From: the human T2T-CHM13v2.0 reference genome, Homo sapiens
Direction: 5' to 3' (one strand)
DNA: 64,000 nt
NCBI RefSeq assembly: GCF_009914755.1
Contig: NC_060929.1
Shown piece after piece: positions 45,781 through 63,819 of the stretch. The number at the start of each line of letters is the position of its first letter. Position 1 is the stretch's first letter. The notes under the pieces were generated by a model. It did not search any database. It was given only the letters and a program-made list of their open reading frames with translations, and was not told the origin of the DNA. A program made the position numbers and the translations under genes.

Positions 45781-46227
45781 ACCAGGGCCGTGTTACTCAC
45801 TGTCACCCTCGGAGCCTTTGTGACTCCTTCAGCCTGGAAGGCTCTGCTTACGTTGATTCACCCAAACCACTTCTACTTAGCATTCACAACTCACAAAAGT
45901 GTGACCTCCCTGCAGTCACCAGATTTGGAGGACTTCTGTTCCTTCCCATAGTAGCAGCAGCCTGGATACCTGTTACTCATATTTGTCATACCAAACTAGT
46001 TGCTGCTTTCCATGTCATCTCTCCCAAGAGATTTTAAACACTAAGAACCACCTTTAACCATCCTTTATAACCATCCTTTGTAAGTGATGGACCCCACCAA
46101 GATCTTGGAGGACCACTACAGTTAAAGTTCAATGTCAGATCAAGGTAGGCTGAAGACACCTACGATTTAGAGTTTGATACTGGGGCATTTCATTCACAAA
46201 TCATGCTCTATTTGTTTAAATGTTACA

Positions 46228-46560
46228 GGCTGGGTACAGTGGCTCATGCTCACCATCCTAGCACTTTGGGAAGCTGAGGTGGGAGGATCACTTGAGAGGT
46301 GGGAGGATCACTATGTTACCCAGGCTGGCTCAATCAGGAGTTGAGTGAGACCCCAGAGTGCGTCCCCATCTCTACAAAAAATTTTAAAAATTAGCTGAGT
46401 GTGGTGGCACAGACCTGTAGTCCCAGCTACTCAGGAGGCTGATGGGCGAGGGCTGCTTGAGCCCGGAAGTGGAGGTTGCAGTGAGCCAAGATCACACCAC
46501 TGCACTCCGGCCTGGGCAACAGAGCAGCACCCTGTCTCAATAAAAAGGAAAAAATAAGTA
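46228..46560 (+). mobile_element. AluJ with internally rearranged left arm
   Basis: Dimer with duplicated gaggtgggaggatcact and an inverted segment. Confidence 0.88.
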
Positions 46561-47225
46561 AATTTTTTACAAATAAAAAGAAATGCTGTAATGAAATGCC
46601 ATTCTCATGCTTTAGTGAGACTAGCTAGAACCAAATATACTCCATTCACTAATATTCTAATCAGTAAACTTTTCAAAATCTAGACACATATTACTACTCA
46701 GTAATAAATTATCATCACGCCAATTTTTAATTTAAAATCTATAAAGTGCTGCACTTGGATTGGATAGGAATTATCACAACCACACAGTATTTTGGAAAAG
46801 AAATGGGAAAAGAGAAATTCTTCTTCTCAAGGGAGGTGAGCAGAGAACTTGGATACCTTGCCCAAAAGTATGGGAATCATGAGGAAGTGGATGAAAAAGC
46901 AGAGGGTGTCACTAAAGTTTTACCCATTCAATTACTGAGCACCTACCATATACCACGGTGCTGGGATACATGCCTGAAGCAACAGACTGCTCTCTGCTCT
47001 GCTGGAAGCAGCATTCAGGTAGGGAGGCCAGCCCTGTGGTCAGGCATGGCACACTGAACATGCATATCTTTCTCCTCTTCCTCCCCAAACCACGCCAGAA
47101 TCAAAAGTAAAAATACTGACAAAGATATGCATGCATGAGGCTAAAAGCAAGCAGGAAAGGAGACAACAGTGGGGATATCAACAAACATCTGGAAGATGGA
47201 AAGCAAGCTCCAGGGTGATAACTGA

Positions 47226-47632
<407 letters not shown>

Positions 47633-48416
47633 TACAAATCTGTATGATGAACAGTTAGAACTTCAGATCTTACTACCCACCCAGCAAGGTCAGGAGAGAG
47701 GACCTCTCCTCCACCCCGACAGAAGTAGGAGGTTGTTCTCTGAAAAAATTAAAGTGGAAGGGCTTCAGACCCCGGGGGTAACAGGACAGAAGAGAGCAGG
47801 GCAGAGGAACCACGCTGAGAACAGGGAGCTGATGCCAGGCACATTCTGATGGGGACCCCCACGTGTTCATCATCTCCCTGGCACAGCTCCCAGAACACTC
47901 GGAGTCAGGCTTCCCCTCCCTGCCCCGCCCCCACAGGAGAGGTCAGCATGCTGATGACCCACAGTGAACGCTGTGAAGTGGCCACTCCTCAGCCCAGCAC
48001 ACTGCGCTCAGCCTTGGAGCCCTTTACTGTGAAACAGGAAGAGGAAATCTGAGGACCCCTTAGATATTTCAGGAAAGCCTTCAACACCTAACAGACACAA
48101 AATACACAGAAATAAGGAACTCAGAACACACACAAGAAAACCTCGAATAAACTATCTTCTCCTTTTTATTAAAGAAGAGAAAAATCTAAGAATCAAAACA
48201 AACGCATCTAAAAGGAAAAAAAATCAAAAATGAGGAAAATGTCTTGGAACAAAAAATGAGACCAGAAATTTTAAATCAGTAGAATGCAAAAGATACAAGA
48301 AGCTTTCTGAAAGCAGAACAGAAGACAGAGATGAAAATAGAAAAACTGAGAAAATCAGGAGCAATCCAAGAAGTCTGACGTTTGACCAGTAAGATCTCCA
48401 GAAAAAGAAGAAAACA

Positions 48417-49027
<611 letters not shown>

Positions 49028-49029
49028 AG

Positions 49030-49420
49030 GAAATTATTTTTAAAAGACTTTAAGAAAATTTTCCAAAACTGAAAGACATAAGTTTCCAGCTGAGACTGTT
49101 CATAAAACCAAGAACAATAAATGAAAAAAATATCAACAGAGGTCTATCAGTTTGAAATATCCATAATCAAGAGAAAACCCCAGAATCTTCCAGGGAGAAA
49201 AACCAGGTCATCTATAAGAGATCAGGCATTGGCAGGCCTTTCGCCAGCTCAAGTGCAACACTGGAAGCGAGCAAGGAGACAAGGAGGCGATGCTTCCAAT
49301 TTCTAAGGGCAATTCTTCCCAACCCAGAACTCTAAATCAAGCCAGACAAGAAATCCACAGCAAGAGCGGGATAAAGATGTTTTCCGCATACAAGTTCTCA
49401 AAACATGTATTTCCTCTGTA
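49030..49420 (+). mobile_element. Old L1 ORF1-like/HAL1 relic (probably continuous with 48100-48416)
   Basis: gaaaattttccaaaactgaaagacataagtttccag...caacactggaagc...ccaacccagaactcta. Confidence 0.5.
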
Positions 49421-50014
49421 CTCTCTCAAACCTAGAGAACGTGCTCTCCCCATACAGAGGAGTGCACCAAGGAAGGCTTCAGGAACAGAGGAGAAACAAA
49501 CAGAAATCAAGAACTCGTGATAAATGTGAAGAAAACCTTACACTCTCATGAATATTCTCAAGAAGAAGAAATGGGGGCCTCCCCATTCAGGATGTTGACT
49601 TTGTCCTGACCCCCTGTTTTAAGCAAGGGTCCAGTATCAGGGACTCCAACACAGGAGAGAAGGAAAACGACGACGATGGGCGTGTCCTAAGCTAAGTGAA
49701 AAGCGAGCCCAGTGGGGTATCAGAGGAGACCAGAACAGAAGGATGGAAACTGAGAGGAACTAAGAGGCGAGTTCCTGGGAACTCTGGGACTCTTCCCAAT
49801 TCACTGGGAACCGTGAGGCTGAGAACTCTGAGAGTAACAGCAAAACAACGTTGAACAAGAAAGGAAACGTAAACATGACACTCTACTTAGCTTATATATG
49901 AACAATACTTACATAGTCATAATGCTTTAACCCAAACTTCTGATATCATGACAAGGGAAGGGGGATGAGAAGAGTTTATGTGAATCGGGGTGCCAGGAGA
50001 AAATTAATGTCTTA

Positions 50015-50368
<354 letters not shown>

Positions 50369-51544
50369 AGAATTTTACTTAGAAAAGTCAATATAGAGCC
50401 AAGAGCATAACAAACAACAGTCGCTCCTAGAAACAGGACTGGGAAGTAAGGTGAGACAGGGTAAGAAATTGCTGCATTTTAATTAAAAACCCAGTGGAAT
50501 TAATTGATATTAAAGATGTATGTGTGTGTGAGGGAGAGACTGATCTTCATCCACAGTATTCTCCACATCATTTACTATATATTCTGTAATTGCAGCTTTC
50601 ATTTTTTTCTTTGACCCAAGGGATATAAGTATTATATACCCAGAGTTTTAACAAGACTTTAAGATTAGAAAAACAAACACAGAGAAAAATTAACAAAATA
50701 CCTTCAAGTTGCACCAAAGTCTCTGAAGAATATTTGCAGATCTGAAACTGAAATTAACAAGCAAGACCTAGATGGAGTCTAGGCTGGGGACAACCTCGCT
50801 GAAGAGGTGACAGGAAAGACTAATGACAGGGAAGGGACAGAGCAGGGAACAGAGATGCAGGGGGTCACAGTCCTGGTGGGAGAGCGGCTGCCTACAGAGC
50901 ACGCAGCTTTGCAGAGTGGGTGAGAAGAGGCACTGGCGGGTGTGGCCTCTCCTGTGCTGCCTCCATAACGGCTCCATGCCTCCCAGCCCCCCAGCCCAAC
51001 CCCACCCTCAGAGTGGCAGTAGTGCTCCTTCAGCACAACATGTCGGTACCCCAAACTCTAGATTCACCTGGGATCGCATCCCACATCACATATTTCACAC
51101 AGCACGCTACACCACAAAGCAGTGCAATCAGCTAAGAACAGGCCAGAGCCCACATGACATCTTACCTGTAGGGAAAGGGCCACCCACCCCCCACCCGCCA
51201 CCCTGGGTCAAAAGAGCACACACAAAAGGGAACTGAAATATGATGAGATTGGGCCACTGGACAACTCACAGAAATACACACCCTGCTTTGGTAATCAATG
51301 CCTAAAACGGAAAACAAAGGTGGTGGGGTGGAATCCTCTACAGGGATGAAGCCACAGTTGGTGCCGAAATTTTACTTGGAAAAATAAATTAACCTTTTCC
51401 TGTAAAGCAGATGGAGATAGCAAGCTCTATGAGTGAAAGCTGATGGCTTGATCTGAGAAAGAAATTAACTCTGTCTTCTAGAAGCAGAGGGAAGAAGTCA
51501 TATTGAATTACGCTCTGATTACACCCAGCAACCTCCCCTTGCAG

Positions 51545-51760
51545 TCCAGCTTATTGGGGCGGGGTGGGGAGCAGAAACCTGATCGGAATCCCCATTCTGC
51601 CAAATACCCTTACCTTGGGAGAAGTGACTTAAATCCTCTGAGCCCCAATATCCCCTCTGCCAAATGGGGCAATGATACCTTGCAGTGTGGTGTGATAATT
51701 AAATAAGGAAACTCCACCAAGTGCCTAGCAAAGCAGGAGCCCCACAAATGGTCACTGCTA
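51545..51760 (+). mobile_element. MIR
   Basis: gaatccccattctgcc...accttgggagaagtgacttaaatcctctgagcc...aaatgggg. Confidence 0.65.
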
Positions 51761-52941
51761 TTATCAAGGATCACTGCAGGAATTCCGTTAATTATGCAAG
51801 GCCACAGAAAGTGTGCCACGAAATTGTCAAAAGAAGAATGGCTGAATACACAATAGCCACAATGCTTTACCTAGAAACTCAGGAAGTCCACGTGGCCACA
51901 ACTCAGGAGAGCTCCCTCTGTCATCTGAGTTCATCTTTCAGGTGAAAGGTCTGGTGAGTGTCTGGGAAGAGATGGGAGGCCAGCCTCCCGTGGGTGGCTC
52001 ATGCTCTTTCTCCCAGTCTAGGATTACCGTCAGGAGCGTGGAGGTGGCCACACCTCACCCAATGTGTTTTCACTTAGGTATTGCCTTTTTCATCCCTGAG
52101 ACAAAAATCTTTCCAAAAACTGGAATCAGCAGCAAACAAAGAGCACTACACTGAATCATTTGGCAAAACATTTTAAAATACTGCACAGCTGCATGCTTCT
52201 AAAAGTACGTTCGAAATCGTACATGGATATCTTGGACTCATTTATCTTTAGCAAATGGGAAATTTCCCATAAGACATTTATTGTTAAACTAATATAGTAT
52301 AGGGGTGACTACAATACTAAAACTAGTACTACTCCATTATATATGCACCTTGGAAAAAAATGGTCAATGAGGACAAAGATGAAGACACAGGAGCCTGATA
52401 TAAAATGTCTGCACTGAAGAAATGGCCAAACATAAATAAAACAAAACAAAAGTGTAATCTAGCATTTTCCCCCAGTCATTTATGCTTCTCCACTAAAGCT
52501 TACAGCCGGTCTCTGCAGGTGCCTTGTCCTGCCTTAACCTCCTCAACTGCAGTAGATTACCATCCTCCTTCAGAGAGAAATCAGACAACACATGTGACTC
52601 CTTGCCACTTAGACTACAGGTATACCCATCTTTCCCCTGGGTCCCCAGGAATCAGAAGAAAAGGCGTCCTTCTCACCTAGCCCCTTCGTCCTCCCCAGAA
52701 CTTCACGCTGTCACATTCCTCCACCATATCATTGACCTTGCCTCTCCATAGTCCCTTTCCCCACAAATTCTAGTGTCCTTTGGAATACCCACCCAGGCAT
52801 CTCCAGGCATCTAGAGAATGGAACAAGAATGGGAGGGAGTGGGGTGTTAAGAGTCTGCAAATAGAAACACTGGGGACTTGTAGCTTCTGACATTCAAACT
52901 AAGGTATCTCATTGGGGTGAAGGCCAAGCATTAGAGAGAGG

Positions 52942-53303
52942 GTGCTTAGTCCACTTCGGTGGCTGTAGCAAAAATATTAACTAGGTGGCTTATGCGTAAC
53001 AGAAATTCATGTCTTACAATTCTAGGGGCTGGGAAGTTCAAGATCAAGGCACTGGCAGGTTTGGCATCTGGTGAGGGCTCACTCTCTGCTTTGCAGATGG
53101 CACCTTCTTGCTGTGTCCTCACATGGTGGAAGGAGTGAACAAGCTACCTCTGACCCCTTTTATAAGGGCACTAATCCCACTCATGAGGACTCCCCCTTCA
53201 TGACCTAATAGCCTCCTAAAGGCTCCACCTCTTAAAACTAATGCACTGGGGAGAAGGTCTCAACATATGAAATTTAAGGGGACACAAATATTCAGACCAT
53301 GGC
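52942..53303 (-). mobile_element. MLT1A-like LTR
   Basis: ggctgggaagttcaagatcaaggcactggcagg...tataagggcactaatccc...attcagaccatggca. Confidence 0.87.
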
Positions 53304-53979
53304 AGAGAGAAAAGATTTCCTAAACTACTTGAATTCCTGTTGGCCAAGTCAGGAGCCAGCCTGAGAACCAAAACACAGAGAGGCCCAGAAATAGAGTGGA
53401 TAGCCATGTCCTCCACTGAGCCACAATACTGCAGCGAGGAGGTGGTGCCATGGAGACAGGAAGAGAGTGTCCTCCCCTTCGGGTGTGATTGGAGACCACC
53501 AGGCCCCTACAGAAATCGCTTCAGCTAAGGCCAGGAAGGAGCAATTGCAAGTCAAGTACTGGATGACATTCGTGATCGCCACATTGGCTGCTCCAGAACA
53601 ACCCTCTCCTGGAACTCCCCTCTGCTGCCACTCTCCTTCTCAAGGTGCTCTTTCTGGTCACCCACTGTGGTAATTCAATCTCCCCAACACTCTCCCCCAG
53701 CTCTCCCCAGGAAATTTCACACGTTCCCAAGGCTGCAACGACTAAACTCCAACACATGCAACTCCATACTTCAAACTCAACCTGCACTCTGAGAGTCAGT
53801 CTGTGTCACTGTAGTGACACGTGGATAATTCACCTGGTAAGCTACAGCCACGTCCACTGCAACATGGCCAAACCTGGGCAACCTCAGCCTGCCGCAACCT
53901 CAGCCACCCTTGCATTGGTTAAGGTCACTACCAGGCACTCCTCATCTAGCCCATAGCCTAAGTCATCTAGCCCATAGCC

Positions 53980-55016
<1,037 letters not shown>

Positions 55017-55205
55017 TTATGGTATTAATATTAGGGTAATAGATGGGTATTGCTTATTTCATGTCATCCAAATTCCTTAGCATGGTCCAATAGTAACCTC
55101 TTCAAAACCTGGCCCCACCCTTTCAATTTGCAGCCTCACCTCTGGGTATTCCCCCTAGCAAGCACATAAATCTCCCCTCCCCTCCCCTCCCCTCCACTCT
55201 CACTG

Positions 55206-55511
55206 TTTTTATTTTTTATTTATTTTTTTGAGACAGAGTCTCACTCTGTCGTCCAGGCTGGAGTGGGGTGGCGTGATCTCAGCTCACTGCAACCTCTACC
55301 TCCCGAAATCAAGTGAATCTCCTGCCCCAGCCTCCCAAGTAACTGGGATTACAGGCGCATGCCACCATGCCCAGCTAATTTTTGTATTTTTAATAGAGAT
55401 GGAGTTTCACCATGTTGGCCAGGCTGGTCTTGAACTCCTGACCTCAGGTGATATGCCCACCTCAGCCTCTCAAAGTGCTGAGATTACAATTGTGAGCCAC
55501 CGTGCCCGGCC
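55206..55511 (-). mobile_element. AluSx-like
   Basis: Reverse dimer; TSD cactctcactgt. Confidence 0.92.
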
Positions 55512-56334
55512 CACTCTCACTGTCTTTAAATAGCCCCACCTTATTCACCATAGGGGAATATCCTCTAGTCCAGCTCATTTCACCAAACCTTTTTTAACAT
55601 CTACAGTGTTTCAGATCTCATGTGGATCCGGCAACCCAAGATTAATTATCTGTCCCCAAAACAGACCCTCAGTGTGGGTCAGGAGAGTCTCTCCATCCTG
55701 ACAACATCCAGTGCTCATCTCCCATTTCTTCCTGAGTTTGTCCTACATGGAAATCGCTCACCATTAACCTCACTTTTAAAACTATACCTTTTCTTCTGGG
55801 CTTATACAATAAATCTCACAAGACTTTCATCAGCTATTCCAAACCTCCCTCATCCCCACTTTGTCCTCAACTGTAAAGCCCTGGAGACCATGACATGCAA
55901 TTTGGAACTGTGACATACTCTCTCAATCGATTCACCAAATCAGCTGTGTCTCCTAAACCAGTGGGTAGGCTCTCTGAGTTCAGGCACTGGGCTTCTGGTA
56001 TACCCCCTGGGCCCAGGTATACCCCCTTGACCACACTGGGTAGGGAGCAGACACTCATTCACAGGTACCGACTACTCAGACGGAACAAAGATAAGGCGAG
56101 GAACTTGGACCAGGCTGGCTGACAGTCTAAAAAGATCCTTCCCATTCATGCAGAAGCAACCCTCTCCCAATATAATTTTTTCACTCTGTGCTGAAATCAT
56201 TAAGTATGATTCTGTAATATTGAAAAAAGTAAGCCCTAATAGTCTCCTATTTTTCTTTAGAGAGATGGGGTAGAAAAATCATTGAATTTAGGGAAAATGG
56301 ACGCTGCTTCATTACCCAGCTTCAGCACTTATCT

Positions 56335-56522
56335 AAGACTATGCTAACACAGCAGCTACTAGCCTTGTGTGGCTATTTAAACTTACACTTAAATAAAAGT
56401 CAAATGGCATTCCGAGTCCCACTAGCCACACTTCACATGCTCAACAGCCACAGGAAGCTACCATAACAGGCAGTGCAAAGGCAGACTATGTCCATCACTA
56501 CAAACATTCTATTGAACAGTAC
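56335..56522. mobile_element. MER3/MER33-like hAT relic
   Basis: tgtggctatttaaa...cactagccacacttcacatgctcaacagccac...ttctattgaacag. Confidence 0.65.
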
Positions 56523-57240
56523 CGGTCAACGTCATCTTTGGTGTTCAGTTAACTTTTTTCTGGGCCTCCTGTTTCCTCCTGTGTAAAATGGGAACAACAC
56601 ATGCCTCACTGGGTTCCTGCAAGGTTTAAATACGATGCTACATGTGAACACCCTTTATCATAACTTTAGTAAAGTTTGACTTTACTGAAGTCTGTAACTG
56701 TATATAACTGTAACTGTATATAACTATACATATAGCCATACTTTGACAAAGCACTAAATGATATATATTTACTTATTTTTAAGAGTCTAACAACCAGCGA
56801 TAGTAGCATCTGTAAAAGGGAGTTATTGTCAACTGTAGTAAAGAAATTCTATCTCAGGCTGTGAGGCTAGAAGGACGCCATCCAGGAGGAAGGGAGAGAG
56901 TATGCAGCGGCCAGGCCACCTAAGGAATGCTGCATTCCAGGCAGAATACAGATGAACTGAAGCCCGGCCAGAAGGATCTGCAAACCAGACAGGACAGCGG
57001 TGAGTGGAAGGGCCCAGGATTTCTCAGCCGGGGAAGAGAAGACTCAGTGGGAACCAAGAAGAGAATGGATTTTGAAACACACAAAGGGCGATCGTGGGGA
57101 GGGGCCTACATCCTGGGCAGCTGCGGAGACAATCAAGCAATGGCCTTCATGTAAGGAAAACACTGACCAGTGAGTGCCGCCCAGCAATGGAAATGCTGCC
57201 TTATGGAGAAGACAGCTCACAATTCCAGAAAGTGCTCAAA

Positions 57241-57425
57241 CATAATGGTTCTCAAACTGGAACATGTATTGAATCACCTGGAGAGCTGGAGAAAACCCAG
57301 ATGCTTTGGGCCCACCTGCAGAGATTCCTGTTCAGTGAGTGTGGAGGAGGCCCATGATTTTGCATCTCCAGGTGACACTGGTGATGTGGATGCTGCTAGC
57401 CCAGGACCTCACTTTGAGAGCCATG
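57241..57425. mobile_element. MER5A
   Basis: tggttctcaaact...gaatcacctggagagct...ccaggtga...gacctcactttgagagcca. Confidence 0.75.
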
Positions 57426-57743
57426 GCTCTAACGCAAGCTGGGGCACCCCATTCAGGCTGGCAGAGAAGGGGTGCTTGACATCAAGTGGGAGGTTGAACC
57501 CTGCAACCTTCCAAAACAATTTGACTCGGTAGGTCCTGCTGGCATTCAGGACTGCCTGGTGCCCAGCCTGAGACGCCTGAAAAGTCAGAGTGACCCAGGT
57601 CTCCCGCCAGGGGTGCCCCTGCGTGGACACCTCAGGCAAATCACTTTCCTACAGTTTTACTATTTATACCAATAGAAGGTAATGCCATCATCATGCAATG
57701 CCACAGGCACTAAGGAAAAAGGCCTATGCATGGACTTTTCTAA

Positions 57744-58740
<997 letters not shown>

Positions 58741-58914
58741 TCACATCAGAGACGCTTTCTAGGCTGCAGATGTAACATGCCCAAAAGAGGAGCTGCATCA
58801 TAAGCCATTAAATTTCAATACAGCGATCAGCAAGACTTAGGAAACGGACCTTTCACTCCATTCTGTGCCTATCCAAGGCAACCATCAGGGCTTACCACTT
58901 TCCTCACCAAAAAC

Positions 58915-59675
<761 letters not shown>

Positions 59676-61559
59676 AAAACCAACATTTTCTATTACATTG
59701 GGCTCATTGCATTTCAGGATGTGCTTACAAGTACAACATGGGTTGCTTCTGAGAGGAAACTGCGTAGACAGGGACAGGCGTGGGAAGACATCAAAATGTT
59801 TACCCTTCTGTACATTTAAACATCTGAACTGTAAGGCTATGTTAGTTAATTTTTAAATAAATAAAATTTTAAATGAAGGAAAAAATTCTAAAAACATGTT
59901 CTTCATTGGTGAAATGAGTGAGATAGTATTATCTGAGGCCCCTCATCACCACAAAACTATGGGACTGTTACCCAATCTACTTCAGTTGTGGAAACCCTGC
60001 TTTTTGAGACAGGCACTCTATGTGGCCTCTATTTTACCAAACTCCTCTGAGTTCTCATGAATATCATTTTTTAGCATTTTTTCATATTTCAGTATTTTTC
60101 ATAAAATACACCATAGATAAGAATGCATATGTGTGTGTGTGTGCCTGCACGTCTCGGATTCGAGAATGTCTTTTATTTTCTTTGTAGTTTTATCCCCTAT
60201 GTGTGTATCCCTAACCAATCCTGTTCAGTTCCTGCACCATTTAAAACTTAATTGAATCATTCAGCATATATTACTTTGTGCATCTTTTGACCAAAATTAC
60301 ATTTGTAAAATTCATCCCTGTTGTTGCTAAAGCTGTATTTTCATTGTTATATGGTATCACAATTTATAATAAATAAATGAACCACAGTGTACTTATCCAT
60401 TAAATTATTTGTGGATACTTCTACAAAGTATTTTTTTTTTGGTCCCTGTTGCCTACAGAAAAAACAAATCCAAACACACAACATAGCATCTGAGGCAACT
60501 ACTGCCCCCACAAACCACCTAGCCAACCTTATCTCCCACTACATTTTCTACCAGCCCATGCTGCCATTGCATCTGTTTACTGTGTAGTGGTTGAAATATT
60601 AGGTACACCTTCAAGATGCTATTGTGTTCATTGTATTCCTCAGGGTTAGAATGCTCTTGATCATCTACTAGATCTCCCAAATCATTCTTATCCACTGAGG
60701 TTTAAGCATGATCTCCTTATTAAGAACCCCACAATCTCTTCCATCCACAATACCACGTTCCCCAAAACCATATCAAAATGAATTATCCTTTCCTGAATCT
60801 TCCACCACACTTAATTCATGCAACTTTTAGTTATACCCATTGGTTACGGCTGTGTCACAATTTTTGCCCAAAATCTTGCAGATAATGGGCAGGTAATAAA
60901 TGTTGAAGCTTTTGAGTCAAATTCAGACTCCTAAAACCCACTGCTAATGCCAGGTGCTAAATCATTCAAAAATATATCTTTAAAAAGTTTACTTCCACAA
61001 AAATGAAATACATCAATTAAAGTGAAAACAACATCCCATTGCTTAAGACAGATTTGGTTGGGTTCCCCACAGTTTTAAAATTGATCTTTTTTTCTCATAG
61101 AAAATACAGTGCTTTAGAGTTCCCAAGACACAGAAGGTTAGAGTATCACATAATTTAAGATCATTTGAGAAGAAATACATTATTTAAAGAAAACGTAATG
61201 TCCTTGAAAATCATTTTAACCCCCAGAGCAACAAATAAAAGGGAAAAAAAAACAAAATTTTAATGACATTAATAAATGGGTCATAAATTCCAATGAATTA
61301 TAATGCAAAAGCAACAAGTAATTCTGAACTTAAAGAACAGGACAGTCATTTTTGTCAAAGAAAATACATGCATGGAATGCAGATGCCACAAACAGGAGAT
61401 GAAATAAAACAGATAAGGAGAAGGCTGTATCTAGGCTGAATGGCTGGCCAATGTTTTCCTCTCCATCAGTATAAATAAAATGGATGGAAGAAAACACCCC
61501 TGGATACTATCAAATATGCCTTTCAATTATTTTATGCAAAAACATTATTTTCAATAGGT

Positions 61560-62430
61560 GTCATTAAAGAAAACATCATAGAAAAAAAGTTTGCAACTCA
61601 TGTTACAGAAATTAGGCTAAAGTCTTTAATATAAAAACAGCTCCTATAAATCAATAAGGAAAAGAACACTGGCCTACTTGAAAAAATAGACAAAGGTTAT
61701 TTATAAACAAACAATGCTGATAAATGGTAAATGTGGTAGTTCTTAAACATAAGATAAAATGCTCAATCACAGAGAACTGCAAAATAAAATCATTTTGGGA
61801 TAGTCTTTTTCACCTATCAGATTTGCAGGATCAAAAAGTTTCATAAAATATTCTTCGCAAGAGTGTGGCAAAGCAGGCAGTCATACACATTGCTGGTGGG
61901 AGTATAAATTGTTAGAACCCTAAGGAGCTGCATGCAATATGGTGACAGCCATCAAAATTACAAGTGCACATGCCCTCTGACCCAGCAATTCCACTTCTGG
62001 GAAGTTCTCTAAAATACTTGCATATATGCAAAATGATGCATGTACAGGGTCATTAGCTATAATGCTGAAATAGCAAAAGCTTGGAAACATTACTGCCTCA
62101 GTAGGAGACAGGTTAAGTAATTTGAGACATCCTTACAATAGAATTCTGAAGCAGCTGAAAAAGAACAAGGAAGCAATCACCAAGAAATACTAGGAAAAGG
62201 AAGAGCTCATATGTTATTCCACAATTTGCATAGAATATGGTGTATTTGCTGAAATGTGCACTATCTGGAAAGAGACACAGGAAACTAGCAACATTGCTGG
62301 CCTCCGTGAGGAAACTGGGCGGCCAGGGACTGGGATGAGAAAGAGATTTTCAAAATGCTTACCCTTTTGTACCTTTAAACTTTTGCACTGTGAGACTGTA
62401 TTAGTTTTTTAAAGAAATAAAATTTAAAAT
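61560..62430 (+). mobile_element. L1ME-like fragment
   Basis: cattgctggtgggagtataaattg...tgacccagcaattccacttctggg. Confidence 0.7.
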
Positions 62431-62448
62431 TAAGAAATAAAATGTTAA

Positions 62449-62816
<368 letters not shown>

Positions 62817-63258
62817 CTAAGACTATTAGACTATTGCCCAATCTAGCATAAGACAATATGTCCTTCTTATTTGAGTGCTCGCATTCACTCCATAATAAGA
62901 TAGATTTGGAATAAACTCTATTCCAAACACAGATACCTAAGAGATCCAAAGTTAATTCACTTTCAGGGACCTCCGACAAGATACAGCTAGTTTTAAGAGA
63001 AAACACCAGGACTAGCAGAGATCTGAGGAAAATATTCATCTTGCTCAAGTTAACCTAGAAAATGACAGGCTGTCTATTTTGTGCAATTTATTTATTTCTC
63101 AACTTTAAGGTTCAGAAATCTCTGTCCTGTAACAAGGTATCTGTTACCGGAGTCTGATTATTCTGCACTGTGTAGGTCATGTTTGTTATGAGGACACTTA
63201 GCAAACAAAGAAGGTTTTTCTCCGCCCTCAATAGCGTGGTAACGGATGACAGGACACC

Positions 63259-63819
63259 ACTTTCAACGAAGGAGACAGACATTTCCCTGGCCTTTCTGAA
63301 GAGCGCTTTTTGGAGAGACAAACCTGTTGCTCAGGGGCTGAGCATTCCCGTGTGTTCTCCCTGTACTTCACCTAAAAATATGCCTGTTTTCCACACTGTG
63401 CACACCCGGGGGTGGGTGCTGGGCATACTCCACCTGCTTGTTTGCCTCCCGTTTTCTCATCAGGGAGTAAACACAGTAAACCTAACGTTCCAGGGGAAGG
63501 AAAAAACAAATCATTCAGGGCCCATCTCAGGTGACTGATGAATGCGGCACCGTTTTGAACGGGTACCTAATCTGGTCCAGATATGCCTGCTGGGGCCGCA
63601 AGAACCAAGACACGTTCAAGCACGTTTGCTCCGGCAAGCTTGGGCGAGCAGGTCAAGACCTCAGAGTTTTAGAAAGCAGGGGCGAAGTTTTCAAGCACGA
63701 TGGGAACACCTGTAGGTGCAGGTGCCTGAGGGTCGGCCGACCACCTCGCATCTGAGGCTGGATCCGCACACGGAGAACGACAACTGCTCACAGGGACGTG
63801 CGTCCGGAGGAAAGTTGCG
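63259..63819 (+). ncRNA. RETREG1-AS1: Probable first exon of antisense lncRNA RETREG1-AS1 (5' end approximate)
   Basis: Consensus plus-strand donor GCG|gtgagt (GT at 63820-63821) at the CpG island edge; existence and start of the transcript are recalled from annotation, not demonstrable from sequence. Confidence 0.5.
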
